Source: Octopus sinensis
Lineage: Eukaryota
Direction: 5' to 3'
Assembly (NCBI RefSeq): GCF_006345805.1
Contig: NC_042997.1
Span: forward strand, 89,528,001 to 89,592,000
DNA length: 64,000 nucleotides
Of the stretch, positions 12,655 to 25,993 are shown piece after piece. The notes beneath the pieces are model-generated. The model had not been told where the DNA came from. It did not search any database and worked only from the letters and a program-made list of their open reading frames with translations. The position numbers and the translations under genes are program-made. Within the stretch, counting starts at the first letter, position 1; every line of letters starts with the position of its first letter.

Positions 12655-15600
12655 TGATGGCTGTCCACTCGTGACCGAGGAAGACCATTGCCGACCTTCA
12701 GGAACATTGTGCGCTCTAGGACTAACTTATATTTTGCATTTGCGGCTCCGTTGGTGGCTAATGAGCCCTGCTCTTGACAAGCATACACGACTGCAAACAT
12801 TGCAGACCAAGCTTTCCCCATTCACTATACGAGCCGTGCGCTTTCGTGCAGCTCGCCTAAGTTCCTCATGCTGGATACGTGCTCTCTCAAAAGTGTCGAT
12901 CCCCTCCTTAACCTGCTTCCTCCATCTGTGGTGATGACAGGCATTGTTCTCCCAGTCAGTGTCCTGCATATCAAAGGCCTTTAACGAGGACTTAACACAG
13001 TCCTTAAATCGCAGCCTTGGTTTCTGCTGGAGTCTCCTTCCATTCACAAGTTCTCCATAGAGCATCTGCTTAGGAATCCTTCTATCCTCCATTCTAATAA
13101 GGTGTCCAGTCCAACGCAACCGGTGCTTGTGTACCATCGCCTCAATACTCAAGATATCAGCTGTCCTCAGGATCTGTGTGTCTGGAGTTTTTGAGGTCCA
13201 GCCAACATTGAGAATGTGTCTGAGACATCTCTGATGAAAACGTTCAAGGACCCTTATCTGACGTTTGTACAGAGTCCATGTCTCACATGAGTAGAGAAGC
13301 GATGTCAGTACACAAGCACAGTACACAGCAACTTTTGTTCTCCTTGCGATGCCATGTTGGGACCAGACACGAGACTGAAGAGACCGAAAGGAATTTGTTG
13401 CTCTCTGCAACCTGAAAGATATTTCCTCATCCAGGGAGCAAGAACGGCTGAGTGTGCTGCCCAGGTAGACAAACTTGTCTACTACCTTCAGAATTATTCC
13501 TTCAACCAAGATAGCTGGTTCTATATATGGATTTCCTGGTGCAGGCTGGAACATTACAACAGTCTTGTCCAGGCTAATGCTGAGTCCAAATGCCCTGCAA
13601 GAGGCAGAAATGCAATTCATGAGTATTTGCATGTCATCCACTGTATGAGTGACTAAGTCACAGTCATCTGCATAAAGGAGGTCACGAATAATAGACTGGG
13701 AAACCTTTGAATTGGCAGCAAATCGGCGAAGATTAAAGAGGCGGCCAGAAGATCGATATCTGACATATATTCCCAAAGAGCTAACCTTAGCAAAAGCATG
13801 AGTAAAAGTAGCAGCAAAGTACAAAGAAAAGAGAGTTGGGGCAAGGATGTCACCCTGCTTAACACCATTCTCTACAGGAATGGGTCCCGCCATAGCACCA
13901 CCAACATTGACCCAAGCCTCCATCCCATTATGAAATGATTTAATTATAGATACAAAGTGATCCGGACATCCAAGTTTGCCAAGTATTTTCCATATTTACA
14001 GTATCAAAGGCCTTAGTTAAATCAATGAATACCTGGACAAGATCCATATTCTGCTCATAGCACTTCTCCTGCATCTGTCTTGCTGTGAAAATCATATCAT
14101 ATCCATTGTCCCTCTACCAGATTGGAAGCCACATTGAGATTCAGATAGGACATCATTTACGAGACACCCATTCAGACGGGTAAGAAGAATATTTGCCAGA
14201 ACCTTGCCAGCAGCTGATAGTAGAGCAATACCTCTGTAGTTACCACACATTGTTCTGGCTCCTTTTCTTTTATACAGAGGAAGAATAATTGCATCCTTCC
14301 AGTCCTTAGGGATTGCACCATCCCTCCAGACTGCACTAATACGTTCATGAAGGGACTGTGTGATGCAATTACCACCAAATCGCAAGACCTCAGCACAAAT
14401 TCCATCCTTTCCAGGTGCCCTACCAAGATTCAATTTACTTATTGATGTCATTACTTCATGTATTGATGGCGAGGAGTCTAAGGAGTCAATGATAGGTCTT
14501 TGTTTCATAGTATCAATCACTGTTTCATCCACAACTGACTCATGGTTTAGGAGAAGTGTTCGATCCAGCGACCTGTGATTTCTGTTGATTTAGTAAACAG
14601 AGTGGAAGACTCCTTGGAAAGCAAAGGAGCTGATGTGGAGCTCTTAGGTCCATAAGCTCGCTTCATAAGATGGTAAAGCTTCTTGCTGTCATTTGCATCA
14701 GTAGCAGCCTGAACATCACGAGCAAGATCCTCCCACCAAGTGTTCTGCATCTTCCTGAGAGATCACTGCAGTAGTGATTTTACACTGTTATAGTGGGCAA
14801 GTGCTAGACTTTACTGCACAGTAGACAGTTCTCTGTGCAGCAACACACTGTGGGCATGGCGCTTCACCACTAATAGTCGTTGAATTTCAGCATCATTCTC
14901 ATCAAACCAGTCTCTGTGTCTGGCAGTAACATACCCCAGTGTTTCGGCTGCACATTTGAACAACCTGGTCTCGAAAATCTTCCCAGCCTGCAGCAGTTTC
15001 AATGCTGGACAAGCGAGTCTGAAGCTCTTTCCTAACCACAACGTCATATACCTTGTGGACATTTAGACGGCAAGGAATGCTGACTGGTCCTCTTCTCTCT
15101 TTTTCCCTAATCACCATTTGGAACTTTGCTCGCACCAGACTGTGGTCCGTCCAGCATTCTGATCCATGCAAGGACTTGACATTACAAATGTCATAAATGT
15201 CGCGCTTGCGGATGATGACGTAATCCAGCAAGTGCCAAACTTTGGACCTTGGATGCATCCATGTTGTTGTGTGATCACCTTTGTGCGCAAAATGAGTACT
15301 TGTAATGTAAAGTCCATGTTCTTCGCAAAGCTCCAGTAGCATGAGACCATTGCTATTCATTTTCCCTACACCAAAACGTCCTAGAGAGTTCCATGTTTGC
15401 CAGTCTGTTCCTACTCTGGCATTAAAATCCCCCAGTAGAATGACTTTATCAGAATTGGGGATTTTTCTAAGTATGGGTATAAAAGATTATTTTATCTTCA
15501 TCACAGCTAGTCAAAGTAGGTGCATAGGCACTTATTAGAGTAGCAAACCGCTTACCTTTCAAGTGCAACCATAGGGTCATTATACGTTCATTTATAGGAA

Positions 15601-16190
15601 CAGGGAGCTCTTCCAACTTCTTCAGGATATCAGATCGGACTGCAAAACCAACACCAGCCTCTCTGTGCTCCTCCTTCTGCTTTCCTTTCCAAAAAAAGGT
15701 GTATCCGCCTTCTACTTCATCAAGCTGACCATCACCTTCTATACAAGTCTCCGAGAGTGCAGCTATATCAATTTTATAACAGTTCAGCTCACGAGCAACA
15801 AGTGCAGTGCGTCTTTCAGGCCTGCAATCATTCTTGTTGTCCAACAGAGTACGCACATTCCAACATGAAATGTTTAAGTTCCATCCAGATTTTATAGATA
15901 AAAGACTCTTTGTTTTTTGAGCGCAGAGTGGACATCCGTCAGTCGCACTAAACTGACCAGATATGGAAAGACAGGCAATTTTTGGTTCACCTTTTCTAGA
16001 ACCTCCCTGGTCTCCGGGTGAGCAGTGCCCTCTCCAAATGGAGCTGCTCAGACACCCATGCAGCAACCGAATCCTACCGCTGTCTTGGGCGACAAGGAGA
16101 TGACTTTATATCTAGCAGGTCGCTGACTACATGCTTCCAACCCGTCAGGTCTGCATGCTTCACCACCTTCCCATCGCCGCAGGACTTCCG
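12655..16190 (-). mobile_element. Near full-length, decayed RTE-clade LINE (APE endonuclease + RT + C2H2 finger)
   Basis: ORF 15467-16066 has APE motifs (ISCWNVRTL, IDIAALSE, GVGFAV, ISAYAPT); 14092-15360 continues EN/RT with frameshifts; 12727-13923 has VKQGD, LLYADD, FVYLGS and CNVCSRVC..HQRS; (TATG)n tail. Confidence 0.95.
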
Positions 16191-16191
16191 A

Positions 16192-16247
<56 letters not shown>

Positions 16248-16814
16248 TACCAAAAATGAAGAAAATATATACTAAAAATAAGATAGATATATATAGGAAA
16301 AAAAAAAGGTCAGCAATGCCTGTGCAGAGTTTTAGGTCCAATAAGGCTTGCACAACACCTCATAGACCCTCTCCACTCTATTGACATTATCCAGAGACAA
16401 GCCAGAGCAAGATGTCTGGTGTCAATATGAGTCACAGGCTCAGGGATGTGGGAGCGCCGTGATCTCTAGCACAAACCAAAGATCCCCAAAATGTTCAATG
16501 TCATTCCCTGCATATCTGGTTTTATATCAGAGTGACCTTCTCCTAGAGACGTGCTTTAACAAAAGCTGAGGGATGCCTCACTCCCAGTGGTCTTTCAGCA
16601 CGCTGGACACCACCCCGGAATTTCTACGTACCCGTGCTACATACATACATACATACATACATACATACATACATACATACAAAAATAACCTGTTGTTGAT
16701 GTTGAAATTCCAATGAAGGAGCCTTGGATCTAGATTAGAAACCAGTTCTTTCTCTATTGACAAGATATCTTGAAATAAAACTGAACAATGACATACATAT
16801 ATATATATATATAT

Positions 16815-17230
16815 ATGCATGGCTGTGTGGTAAAAAGCTTGCTTCCCAACCACATGGTTCCAGGTTCAGTCCCACTATGTGGCATCTTGGCAAGTGTTTT
16901 CTACTATAGCCTCAGGCCAACCAAAGTCTTGTGAGTGGATTTGGTTGATGGAAACTGAGAGAAGCCCACAATATATGTTTATGTGTGTATGTCCCCCCAC
17001 CATCACTTGACAACCGATGTTGGTGTGTTTACATCGGCAAAAGAGACTGATAGACTAAGTACCAGGCTTACAAAGGATAGGTTCTGGGGTTGATATACAT
17101 ATATATACATTCTTTTCTTTTCTTTTATTTGTCCTTTGACTATGGCCATGGTGGAGCACCGCCTTCAGTTGAACAAATCAACCCCAGAACTTATTCTTTG
17201 TTAGCCTAGTACTTATTCTATTGGTCTCTT
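16815..17230 (+). mobile_element. tRNA-derived SINE (ggctgtgtggtaagaag..ggttcagtccca family)
   Basis: A/B-box-like head and gcaccttgggcaagtgtctt core; other copies at about 6048, 35290, 38700(-), 44965, 46560, 49310(-) and 55860. Confidence 0.8.
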
Positions 17231-20200
17231 TTGCTGAACTGCTAAGTTGCAGGGATGTAAACACACATGTATGTGTGTGTGTGTGTGTGTGTGTGTATAA
17301 CAAGCACTTATATATTTGTCAACAGTGTGGGTATATTAATATTCATTATAGAATACAAGTATTAGAAGTCCATTTCAGCCAATTTTATCAATTGGTTTGT
17401 CACACAAGAGTCTGGAAAAAATTTATTCCCAGCACTTGTTAGAAGAGCCGATAAGGGAGTGTATAGCAGTAGCTTTTCATACCATATGTGATACTGTTTG
17501 ATACAAGTCAAAGAGTATCACATATGGTTTGTGGGTGTTGTGAAAAACCAGAATGGAAAAAGCCATAGGAGAAGTCCAGAGGATTCCTTCAAGAGTTAAG
17601 CTCTTTGGACAAAGATCAGAGTGCATTCATAGTGTAAGAAATGTTACTCCTTACACTATGGGTGTAGGACTGGAATACATATGGGATGAGGCTGATGTGT
17701 GTGCAGGAATGTGAGGTGTGGAATGTGGTAAATGGAGAGTAGTCAATGTTCAAGTCATGTGTGGACATGTATGTATATATGTGTATTATGACATACAAAT
17801 ATATGCACATGCACATACATGTATTTGTTAATACATGATTTTAAGATTGACTATATCCCCGTTTTTTGTTATCCCCTTTCTCTGAATACACATCAACCCC
17901 ATTTCACCTGCACACCAGCCCCAACACTACTCTTAGCATTTACTCCTTACATCATGAAAGCTTTATGATCCTTGTTCAAGAGGCATAATTCTGGAAGAAA
18001 TTTCCCTCAGAATTTATCCCACAAGTTTTGTTCTGGTTTTCCATAAATTCTATAAAACAGATGGGACTCTTCCTGATTTCTATTGGCAAAGAACTCTCAC
18101 CATATTCCTATAATCTCTTCTGATGAGGATTGGTATATCTAGCCTGTGATGGTAGTGAAGTTGATGATAAAGAGGAAACGATGGAAGGCTAATGTGTAAT
18201 CGCACACCATATGACATCTTAAGAATTATTGCATATTTTTGTTCCCACACACACATACACACACACACACACACATGCAAGATAATATCTGTTATTTTTT
18301 CTTTTATCTTTTCTTTACTGTCTTGTTTAAGATTTAACTATCAATTGGTTACATTTCTTTTTTTTCTTTATTTATTTGTAGATAAACATATCGTAATTGC
18401 TCCGTTTTACTTCATACCAATTTTACAGATTACCCAACATTATTGATATTGATGTTCACTTTGGACAGTCAAGAAACAAATATTGATTCAGTGTTATCTG
18501 AGACCATAAGGTGGTTGTTTTCCATAGAAGAATGGTCGTGTGGATATGTTAGTGTGTATGCGGTTGTATCAGTGTCCTCTTGTGTTGTGACAGTTATGTA
18601 ATGGAACATTGAGATGTTGCCTGGTTGCATTGTTATTGTGTTATTTATGACAGTATTACTGTGTAATACGTTGCAGTGTTGATGTATTGTTTAATAGTTT
18701 TATTAGTATGATAGTATTAATATTAGTATGACAGAAGGGTGGCAACTTAGCAGAATCATTAGCATGTTGGACAAAAAGCTTTGTGGAATTTTTTCTGGCT
18801 CTTTTTCTGGTTCTGAGTTCAAATAATTGAGCTCAACTTTGCCTTTCATCTTTCCAGGATTGATAAAATAAGTACAGATTGAGTACTAGAATTGATGTAA
18901 TTGACTTGTCCCCTCCCACCAAATTTCAGGCCTTGTACCCGTTGTAGAAGGAATTATTAGTGTGCTTTATATGATGAGTGAGCTGGCAAAATCATGAGTA
19001 TGCTGGACAAAATACTCAGTGGCATTTCTTGGCTATTTACATTTTGAGTTCAAAAAATTTGCTGAGGTCAACTTTGGTTTTTATCCTTTTAGGGTCAATG
19101 AAATAAGTACCAATTGAGCATTGGGGGTGAGATACTCGTCTAAACCCCTTCCTCTAAAAATTACTGGCCTTGTGCCAAAATTTGAAACCATTATTAGTAT
19201 GAGAAATGAGGTGTATGATAGTGTTGACATGTTGTATAGCTGTTGTATTGTTTAGTTCTAGGTTAGCCTTGATCTAGTAACTGAAACAATCTTCTCTAAC
19301 CCTGGTGTATCCAGTACCACACTTATCAATAATCTTTCCTTTTTCTAAAAAAGATAACAGGGTGCAATTTGAAGAAAATTTGACTGCTTATTTAGCAGGT
19401 CAAATGTTCACATGGAGATCCTTTCATTTGTTTGAGAAACTTTCTCATTGGCATACTTACAGTATATAGTTTAGTTGTGTTGGTGTGTTGTGTGGTATGT
19501 TAGTGCATTATAATAGCACATAAGGTAATGTTCATATGATGTATGGCCATACTGTGTGAATGTGCTGTTGTTGTGTTATTGTTATGTCGAAGGGCTGATG
19601 TATTGTGTACAATAATGTTGATGTGTTGTAGTATAATACTAATTAATGTTTTGTTACTAAATCACAAATAAAAAATCTCTGAGATGAAATAAATTCTTTC
19701 AGTCCCCATAGATCACAAAGGTTATGAAGTACAGTTTACAATAAAATTGTTTGTTTGATTTCTATTTATTTGTTTTACTTTACTTTTGTCTTTTTTTTGT
19801 ATATCTTTGTGACTTGAGAACACCAATAAGAGTTTATTTCATCAATATGAAAGAAAATTTCCTTCTCCCCACCACAATACACACTATATATACACCTTCC
19901 TTCACCACCATTCCAAAAAATTAATTAATTACACCATATTCATCAATTGATATCCGTTTACTTCAATCAATTTGAAAATAGCAATGTTACTACAATATCT
20001 TTTGTCTATCCCAGCAAAGCAGTTATTCACCGCACACTAACCACTACACACCACATATCACCTACCGTTCTTGCCTCTGGGTAATTTATGAATTATCGAA
20101 TAGAAAATTCAATAAAAAAAGAAGAAAATGAAGAAATACTTCTTAGAAAATAAATGAAGAGTTTTGTTGCTGATTGTTGTTAATGATGTTTTCATTGTTG

Positions 20201-21224
20201 TTGTTATTGCTGTCATTGCTGTTGCAGCTGTATTATACAATGTTTGCAGTAGTAAACTAACTTTCAGACTTGCAGAAACTATTACTAAATGTTATAGATA
20301 CACATAAATACTAATACAAACAAACATACTAATACACCAAATGCAAAATTTACTTGCACATTTACACATACAACACTGACAGCAGTAATTATTATTAAAG
20401 ATGAATATTTAATTATTCTCGGAGAAATCATTACTTTAATAAGCTCACCAGAATTTCATATGACATAGCTTTAGAATAACCCGAAAAATAGTTGAGATGT
20501 TAAGGGAAAAAATGAAACATAAAATACTCAAGACCCATCTCTTAGCCTCACATGTGCACATTCCAAGAAATGAGAGTAAGTGCTACTGAAATTGGAAATG
20601 TCAAAAGAAGCACATTTGGACAGTATTTGTGCAGTACAGAAATTAGCTAGGAATAGCAGTCAAATCTCCCTCAAATCACACCATATTCTCTTAAAGAAAA
20701 GAACATTCTGTGTGGACAATGCCTGATAAAGTAATGACTGTATGGTCATAGATGAAATCATTGTCATCGTTGTCATTGTTGTCATCGTCATCATCATCAT
20801 TTAATGTCCATTTGCTAAGCTGGCACAGGGTGGATGGTGCAACAGGAACCAAGGAGCTAAAAGACTGCACCAAGCTCCATTATCTAGTAAAGCATAATTT
20901 CTGTTGATGGATGTTCTTTCTAAAGCCAACAATTTTACATAATGTACTGGGTACATTTTTTTGTTGCCCAAGAACTTGTGTGGTTACCAAGTAACTTGCA
21001 AGACAAGACCCCTCAACTGAATTTGAGAGTATAGTATTGCAAGAGATGAAAGTATAATTTAGGGATGGAAACAGGTATCTCATACATACACACACACACA
21101 CCCACACACACACAAACACACATGCAATATATTTATTTATATATATAAAATAATTAATTAAACCAAAAAGGAAATAATTCACCATCACTAATACATATAT
21201 AATTTATTTAAACTGAATCGATGA

Positions 21225-21755
21225 CTGGCATCCATGCTAGCGGGGTGCAAAGAGCACCATACGAGTGTGATCGTTGACAGAGCGGCTAACTGGCTTCCGT
21301 ACCAGTGGCACATAAAAGGCACCATTCAAGTGTGATCGTTACCAGCGTCGCCTTACTGGCACTTGTGCCTTATGCTAGTAGGGTGCTAAGAACACCATCC
21401 AAGTGTGATCTTTGCATGAGCGGCTAACTGGCTTCTGTGCTGGTGGCACGTGAGAGGCACCATTTGAGCGTGATCGTTGCCAGCATCGCCTTACTGGCAC
21501 CTGTGCCAGTGGCATGTGTAAAAAGATTTGAGCAAGGTCATTGCCAGTACCACCTGACTGTCCCCCGTGCCGGTGGCACGTTAAAGCACCCACTACACTC
21601 TTGGGGGTGGTTGGCGTTAGGAAGGGCATCCAGCTGTAGAAACTCTGCCAGATCAAGATTGGAGCCTGGTGCAGCCATCTGGTTCACCAGCCCTCAGTCA
21701 AATCGTCCAGCCCATGCTAGCATGGAAAGCGGACGTTAAACGATGATGATGATTT
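21225..21755 (+). mobile_element. (GAT)n-tailed element sharing its 3' end with the RTE at 55998-58225
   Basis: gtggttggcgttaggaagggcatccagctgtagaaac..gcatggaaagcggacgttaaacgatgatg; internal duplicated blocks. Confidence 0.8.
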
Positions 21756-21800
21756 AATCTACAATAGCACCGCAATCTTCAGTACAAGAGAGTATATATA

Positions 21801-22929
21801 TCTCTATATATATAAAACTGAGAATGTGTGTGTGTGTATCTGTCTGTCTGTGTGTTTCCCTAAAACTTGAGAACTACACAACGAATTTCATTCAAATTTT
21901 ACACATGCTTTACTTAGGGTCCATGTAGTTTCATGGGCAAAAAAAATGTTCAACTTCTTATCTAGGGCGAGCCCATAGCAATATCATATCTTCTCCACTA
22001 TTTCAGTATTTACGTGTTAAAAGTGAAACAAAAACATTTCTCTATTTTATGTCAGATACTTTCACTTTAACAATAAAAATTAGAGATAATAATAACAATT
22101 GAATTATATGTAGTTAGTAATAATTAAAATTAAACTAAAGTATAATATAATCATAACATAACAAAAGTAAAAATAGCAGTTGGTATAAAATTGCATCAAT
22201 GACTTGAACTTGAATAAGTGGTTTCACATGAATGAGAATAAATTAAAAATAAAATTAGCGTGCAGAAACGGAATAGTCCAGATGAACTATTATACATAAA
22301 GGACTGTAGCTTCAACTGCATACTGCTTTTTGATCACCGACAAAGATGGTGAATTTAGGATAACACCACCAAACGAAATAAAAAATTAAATTAAAGAAAA
22401 GACTATTGTCTATAAAGTATACAATGTAGAGAAAAGATTTGAACACCTGGAGGAAAGCACCATCGAAAAGTGTCTTGGTGCGACTATGAAAGATATCTAA
22501 CCAGAGGCAGTAAATTCGCCACAATAGAAGCAAGGTTCGAGTCAACAGAGTGTGCAAGGGAGTACTCAACTCGAACCTTGCAAAGTGGAAATATTTTATT
22601 TTCACCTTTATATCTGGGATGTAGGACGTCCTGGATAAAAATTTAAAATGTCTCCCCACAAGTAGAGGTAGGCTGGATTGTAGCCACACTTCTATACAAG
22701 AGGGAGGACGAGATACAATTGATTGAAATTGCAAGAGACGGGCCTACAATTCCAGTCTGTTATATATTTTGAGTATTGTTATCACTAGCGATATCAAGAT
22801 ATAACTTTGTATTTTGTATTTTATGTGTAGATGTATATATATAGATGTACATGTAATATGTACACATATATATACATATATATACATGCACTAGCACTAT
22901 GACCTGGCAACGACGGGTCATAATGCTAG
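21801..22929 (+). mobile_element. Non-autonomous Helitron
   Basis: 5' A|TC (tctctatatatataaaactg..), 3' hairpin ATGACCTG..CGGGTCAT then CTAG|T at 22926-22930; no TSD. Confidence 0.8.
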
Positions 22930-23625
22930 TATATATATATATATATATGGTCAAAGGTATTTCCCTTTTGGTCATCTCTTCTTATTTTCAGAGGTAATGT
23001 CTTGCACTAAATCATCCAATTTGTCTTCTCTTTAGCATTTAAATAAGCTGTTTTATGTTCAAACCAGCCAGATTCAGCCTCTCACACATACTCTACAATG
23101 TCATTCTGAAAATAAATAATTAGATCATTGAAATCTCAAAGCTACAAAATAATGGACAATTAATTCAAAACAATGTGAATAAATAAGTATTACATTTGAC
23201 AGAATAATCTGAAAGCTAAAGGGTTAATACAAAGATGTATGATTTCAGAGAGGGAAATTTGGTTGCTATTTTAGCTGTTTAAGGGCCAATGTAGCTTGTC
23301 AAGTCCAAGTATGTGATATTGTTAAGCAGTTTTATGTCAAGAGAAGGCAGCAAAGTTGACTTTAGTAGAATTTGAAGCCACACACATAAAAAAAATCACT
23401 GGAAGGCCAGTAATTTTGAGAGGAAAGGGTCAGTCATTACCACCAACACTAGTACTTGACTAGTACTTATTTTAATGACCCTGGAAAGACAATAGGCAAA
23501 GAGGAATTTTAACCCAGAAAATAAAGTCAGAAGAAATGCCACTAAGAAACTTGCCCATCATACTAACAATTTTTTTTTGCTATTCAACACCTTCTAACTG
23601 AATCTAACAATGTTAGATATTTTAA

Positions 23626-23801
23626 CCCTTTAGCATTCGCATTTTTTCGCCAAATGTAATGGTTATTTATTCACATTGTTTTAAATTTATCCTGCATTCT
23701 CTTGTAACCTTGAGATTTCGATAATGTGATTGTTTAATTTTAGACTAACATTGTAGGGTAGGTGTGAGAGGCTGGATATGGCCAGTTTAAGTGCTGAGGG
23801 G
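23626..23801 (+). mobile_element. piggyBac-type MITE
   Basis: TTAA|CCCTTTAGCATT..GTGCTGAGGGG|TTAA; the paralogous duplicated site near 25058 has a single TTAA. Confidence 0.85.
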
Positions 23802-25844
23802 TTAAACTAACTGTTAAATGTTTTGTATAGAAATTATAGCACAAGTAAATCTGCTAATCCGGCCTGATACTTTACTAAATAGTATAATAATATTATGATG
23901 CAAATTTGCACAAACTCCATCACCCTTGAAACAAATAGTGTTGCTACAGTTGTTATTATTGTTTAGTTACAACTGAGACACATCTCGCTATGCACTTCTA
24001 GGACTCTGTACAGCTTTGGTAAGTCCTCAATTTCATGTTGTGTATCTCTGCTAATGACACTAATATAGGTGAGTAGTCTTTGTCCTTGATTAGGATGCAG
24101 AAGTTTCTAAAATATAGCATCTGATGTGGCTCAGTGTTCCAGTAAGATAGCAGATGCTAGTAAAACACGCTCCACACTGAGAAACATTAGTAGAGATGAG
24201 AGAAATATGTCTGTAAATCTCTTTAGTTTTGTACTATCATGAGATATTTTGAGCCCTTATGAGAAGCCTAGTGTACATACCATTTGCTTAATTTCAAGTC
24301 AAATTTCAATCCACATCAACTAGCTGAAATTCAAGATGAACACCATTGTATTGACTCCATGCATCTGGGTGAGATTACTAAAGTTCCAAGTACTGTTCCT
24401 TTACTTTGACAAACTAAATTGTAATCAAACTAATGTGGGAACCTTTATGTGGTCACTTTGAATAATGTAGGCCTGGGTTCTTTACACTTTGGTAAAAAAA
24501 CAAGATGATCATGGCTGTATTGCTGTATTGGCCAAACGTCTGCTCGAGCAGGGCTGACCTGGTGCTAAACAACAACATTAAATTGTAATCAAGCTAATGG
24601 GACAACCTTTGTGTGGTCACTCAGTTTGTGTGATATAGCTGTAAAATCTCCCAGCTGTTTTTTAAGTATCTTTCTAGAAATGGATACATTAGATAATATT
24701 GTCCCTAGATACACCATGTTTCAAGAAAACAAGAGAATGGTCATGGCTGGACTGCTTTTGACCTTAAGTCTGCTTGATCAGGACTGACCTGGGATTAAAT
24801 AATAACAAGAATTAAATTGCATAATTGTTTCTAATTTAGGCAAAAGGCTGGTAATTTTGAATGGAAACATACAGTCATTACCATCAACACTAGTACTTGA
24901 CTAGTACTTTATTTTAATGACCCTGAAAAGATGAAAGGCAAAGTGGAATTTGAACTCAGAAAGTAAAACCAGAAGAAAGGCTGCTAAGCATTTTGTCCAG
25001 CATGCTAACAATTCTAATTGCTCAACACCTTCTAATTGAATCTAACATTGTTGGATGTTTTAAAATAACTATTAGACGTTTTATATAGAAATTATAACAC
25101 TAGTGAGTCTGCCAATCTGGCCTGATGCTTTACTAAATAATATAATAATGATATTGGCTTCAAATTTTGATCCAAGGCCAATCATTTCAGCTGAGTGGGG
25201 TAAGTCAATTACATCGACCCCTTGCTCAACTGGTACATATTTTATTGACCCCAAAAGGATGAAAGGCAAATTTGACCTCGATAGAATTTATACTCAGCAT
25301 GTATGATTCAGGTGAAGTGTTGCTAAGCATTTAGCCTGGTGTGCTAACAATTCTACCAGCTTGCCACCTTTAGTATAATAATGATATAATAATGGAAATT
25401 TGCACAAATTCCATCACTCTTGAGACAAATAGTGTTGCAGTTATTGTTATCATTGTTTAGGTTTGAGTGAACCTTAACTAATTGGATCTCTGATGAAAAG
25501 CTGTCCAGTTATGACCAGCCCATTCTTTACAGTTATTTAGGACTAGATTATTTGGTGTGTGCTTCTTAGTTTGAGAGAATAGAGTTTGATTTCAAGGAAA
25601 TTTGGCTACTGTTTCTTGCATGGCTCTCAACCGCATACAGCCTTTGTCATTGACATGAAAAAATTTAGAGAAGCATGTCTTGGTTCAATCTGATCCCATT
25701 CACTGGAAAATATATCCAACACTTCATCCACGCCACCATCATACTTTTACAAACTAAAACAACTTCCTTTTCAACACAAATTAAACAATATTAATAAAAG
25801 AGATCAATACAGTGAAGATAGAGTGTTAATTTTGGTATTATATT

Positions 25845-25993
25845 TTATTCAGATGCGTCTGTAATACAGTCTTCAGTTGATGTCCAGTCATGCAGTCTTA
25901 TAGTAAAATCAAACTCCAAGGCTGTCGGCATCATATCTTCAGGAGATTCTTTGGCTGGTTTCCCTTTCTTCTTTAATGCACCAGCATTTTTAT
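25845..25993 (-). CDS. LRRC43: LRRC43 terminal exon: (N)[48 protein letters not shown]
   Basis: Acceptor ttaaacag; open to TAA at 25845-25847. Confidence 0.85.

Noticed and set aside
13354-13656. Antisense ORFs over LINEs (also 56309-57079, 41998-42285, 22312-22734)
   Set aside because: Shadows of the opposite-strand coding sequence.
15960-16190. HDV-like ribozyme in the RTE 5' UTR
   Set aside because: Short stems exist but I could not assign the double pseudoknot by eye; needs a descriptor or covariance search.
16815-16890. tRNA gene
   Set aside because: Only A/B-box-like SINE heads; no complete cloverleaf.
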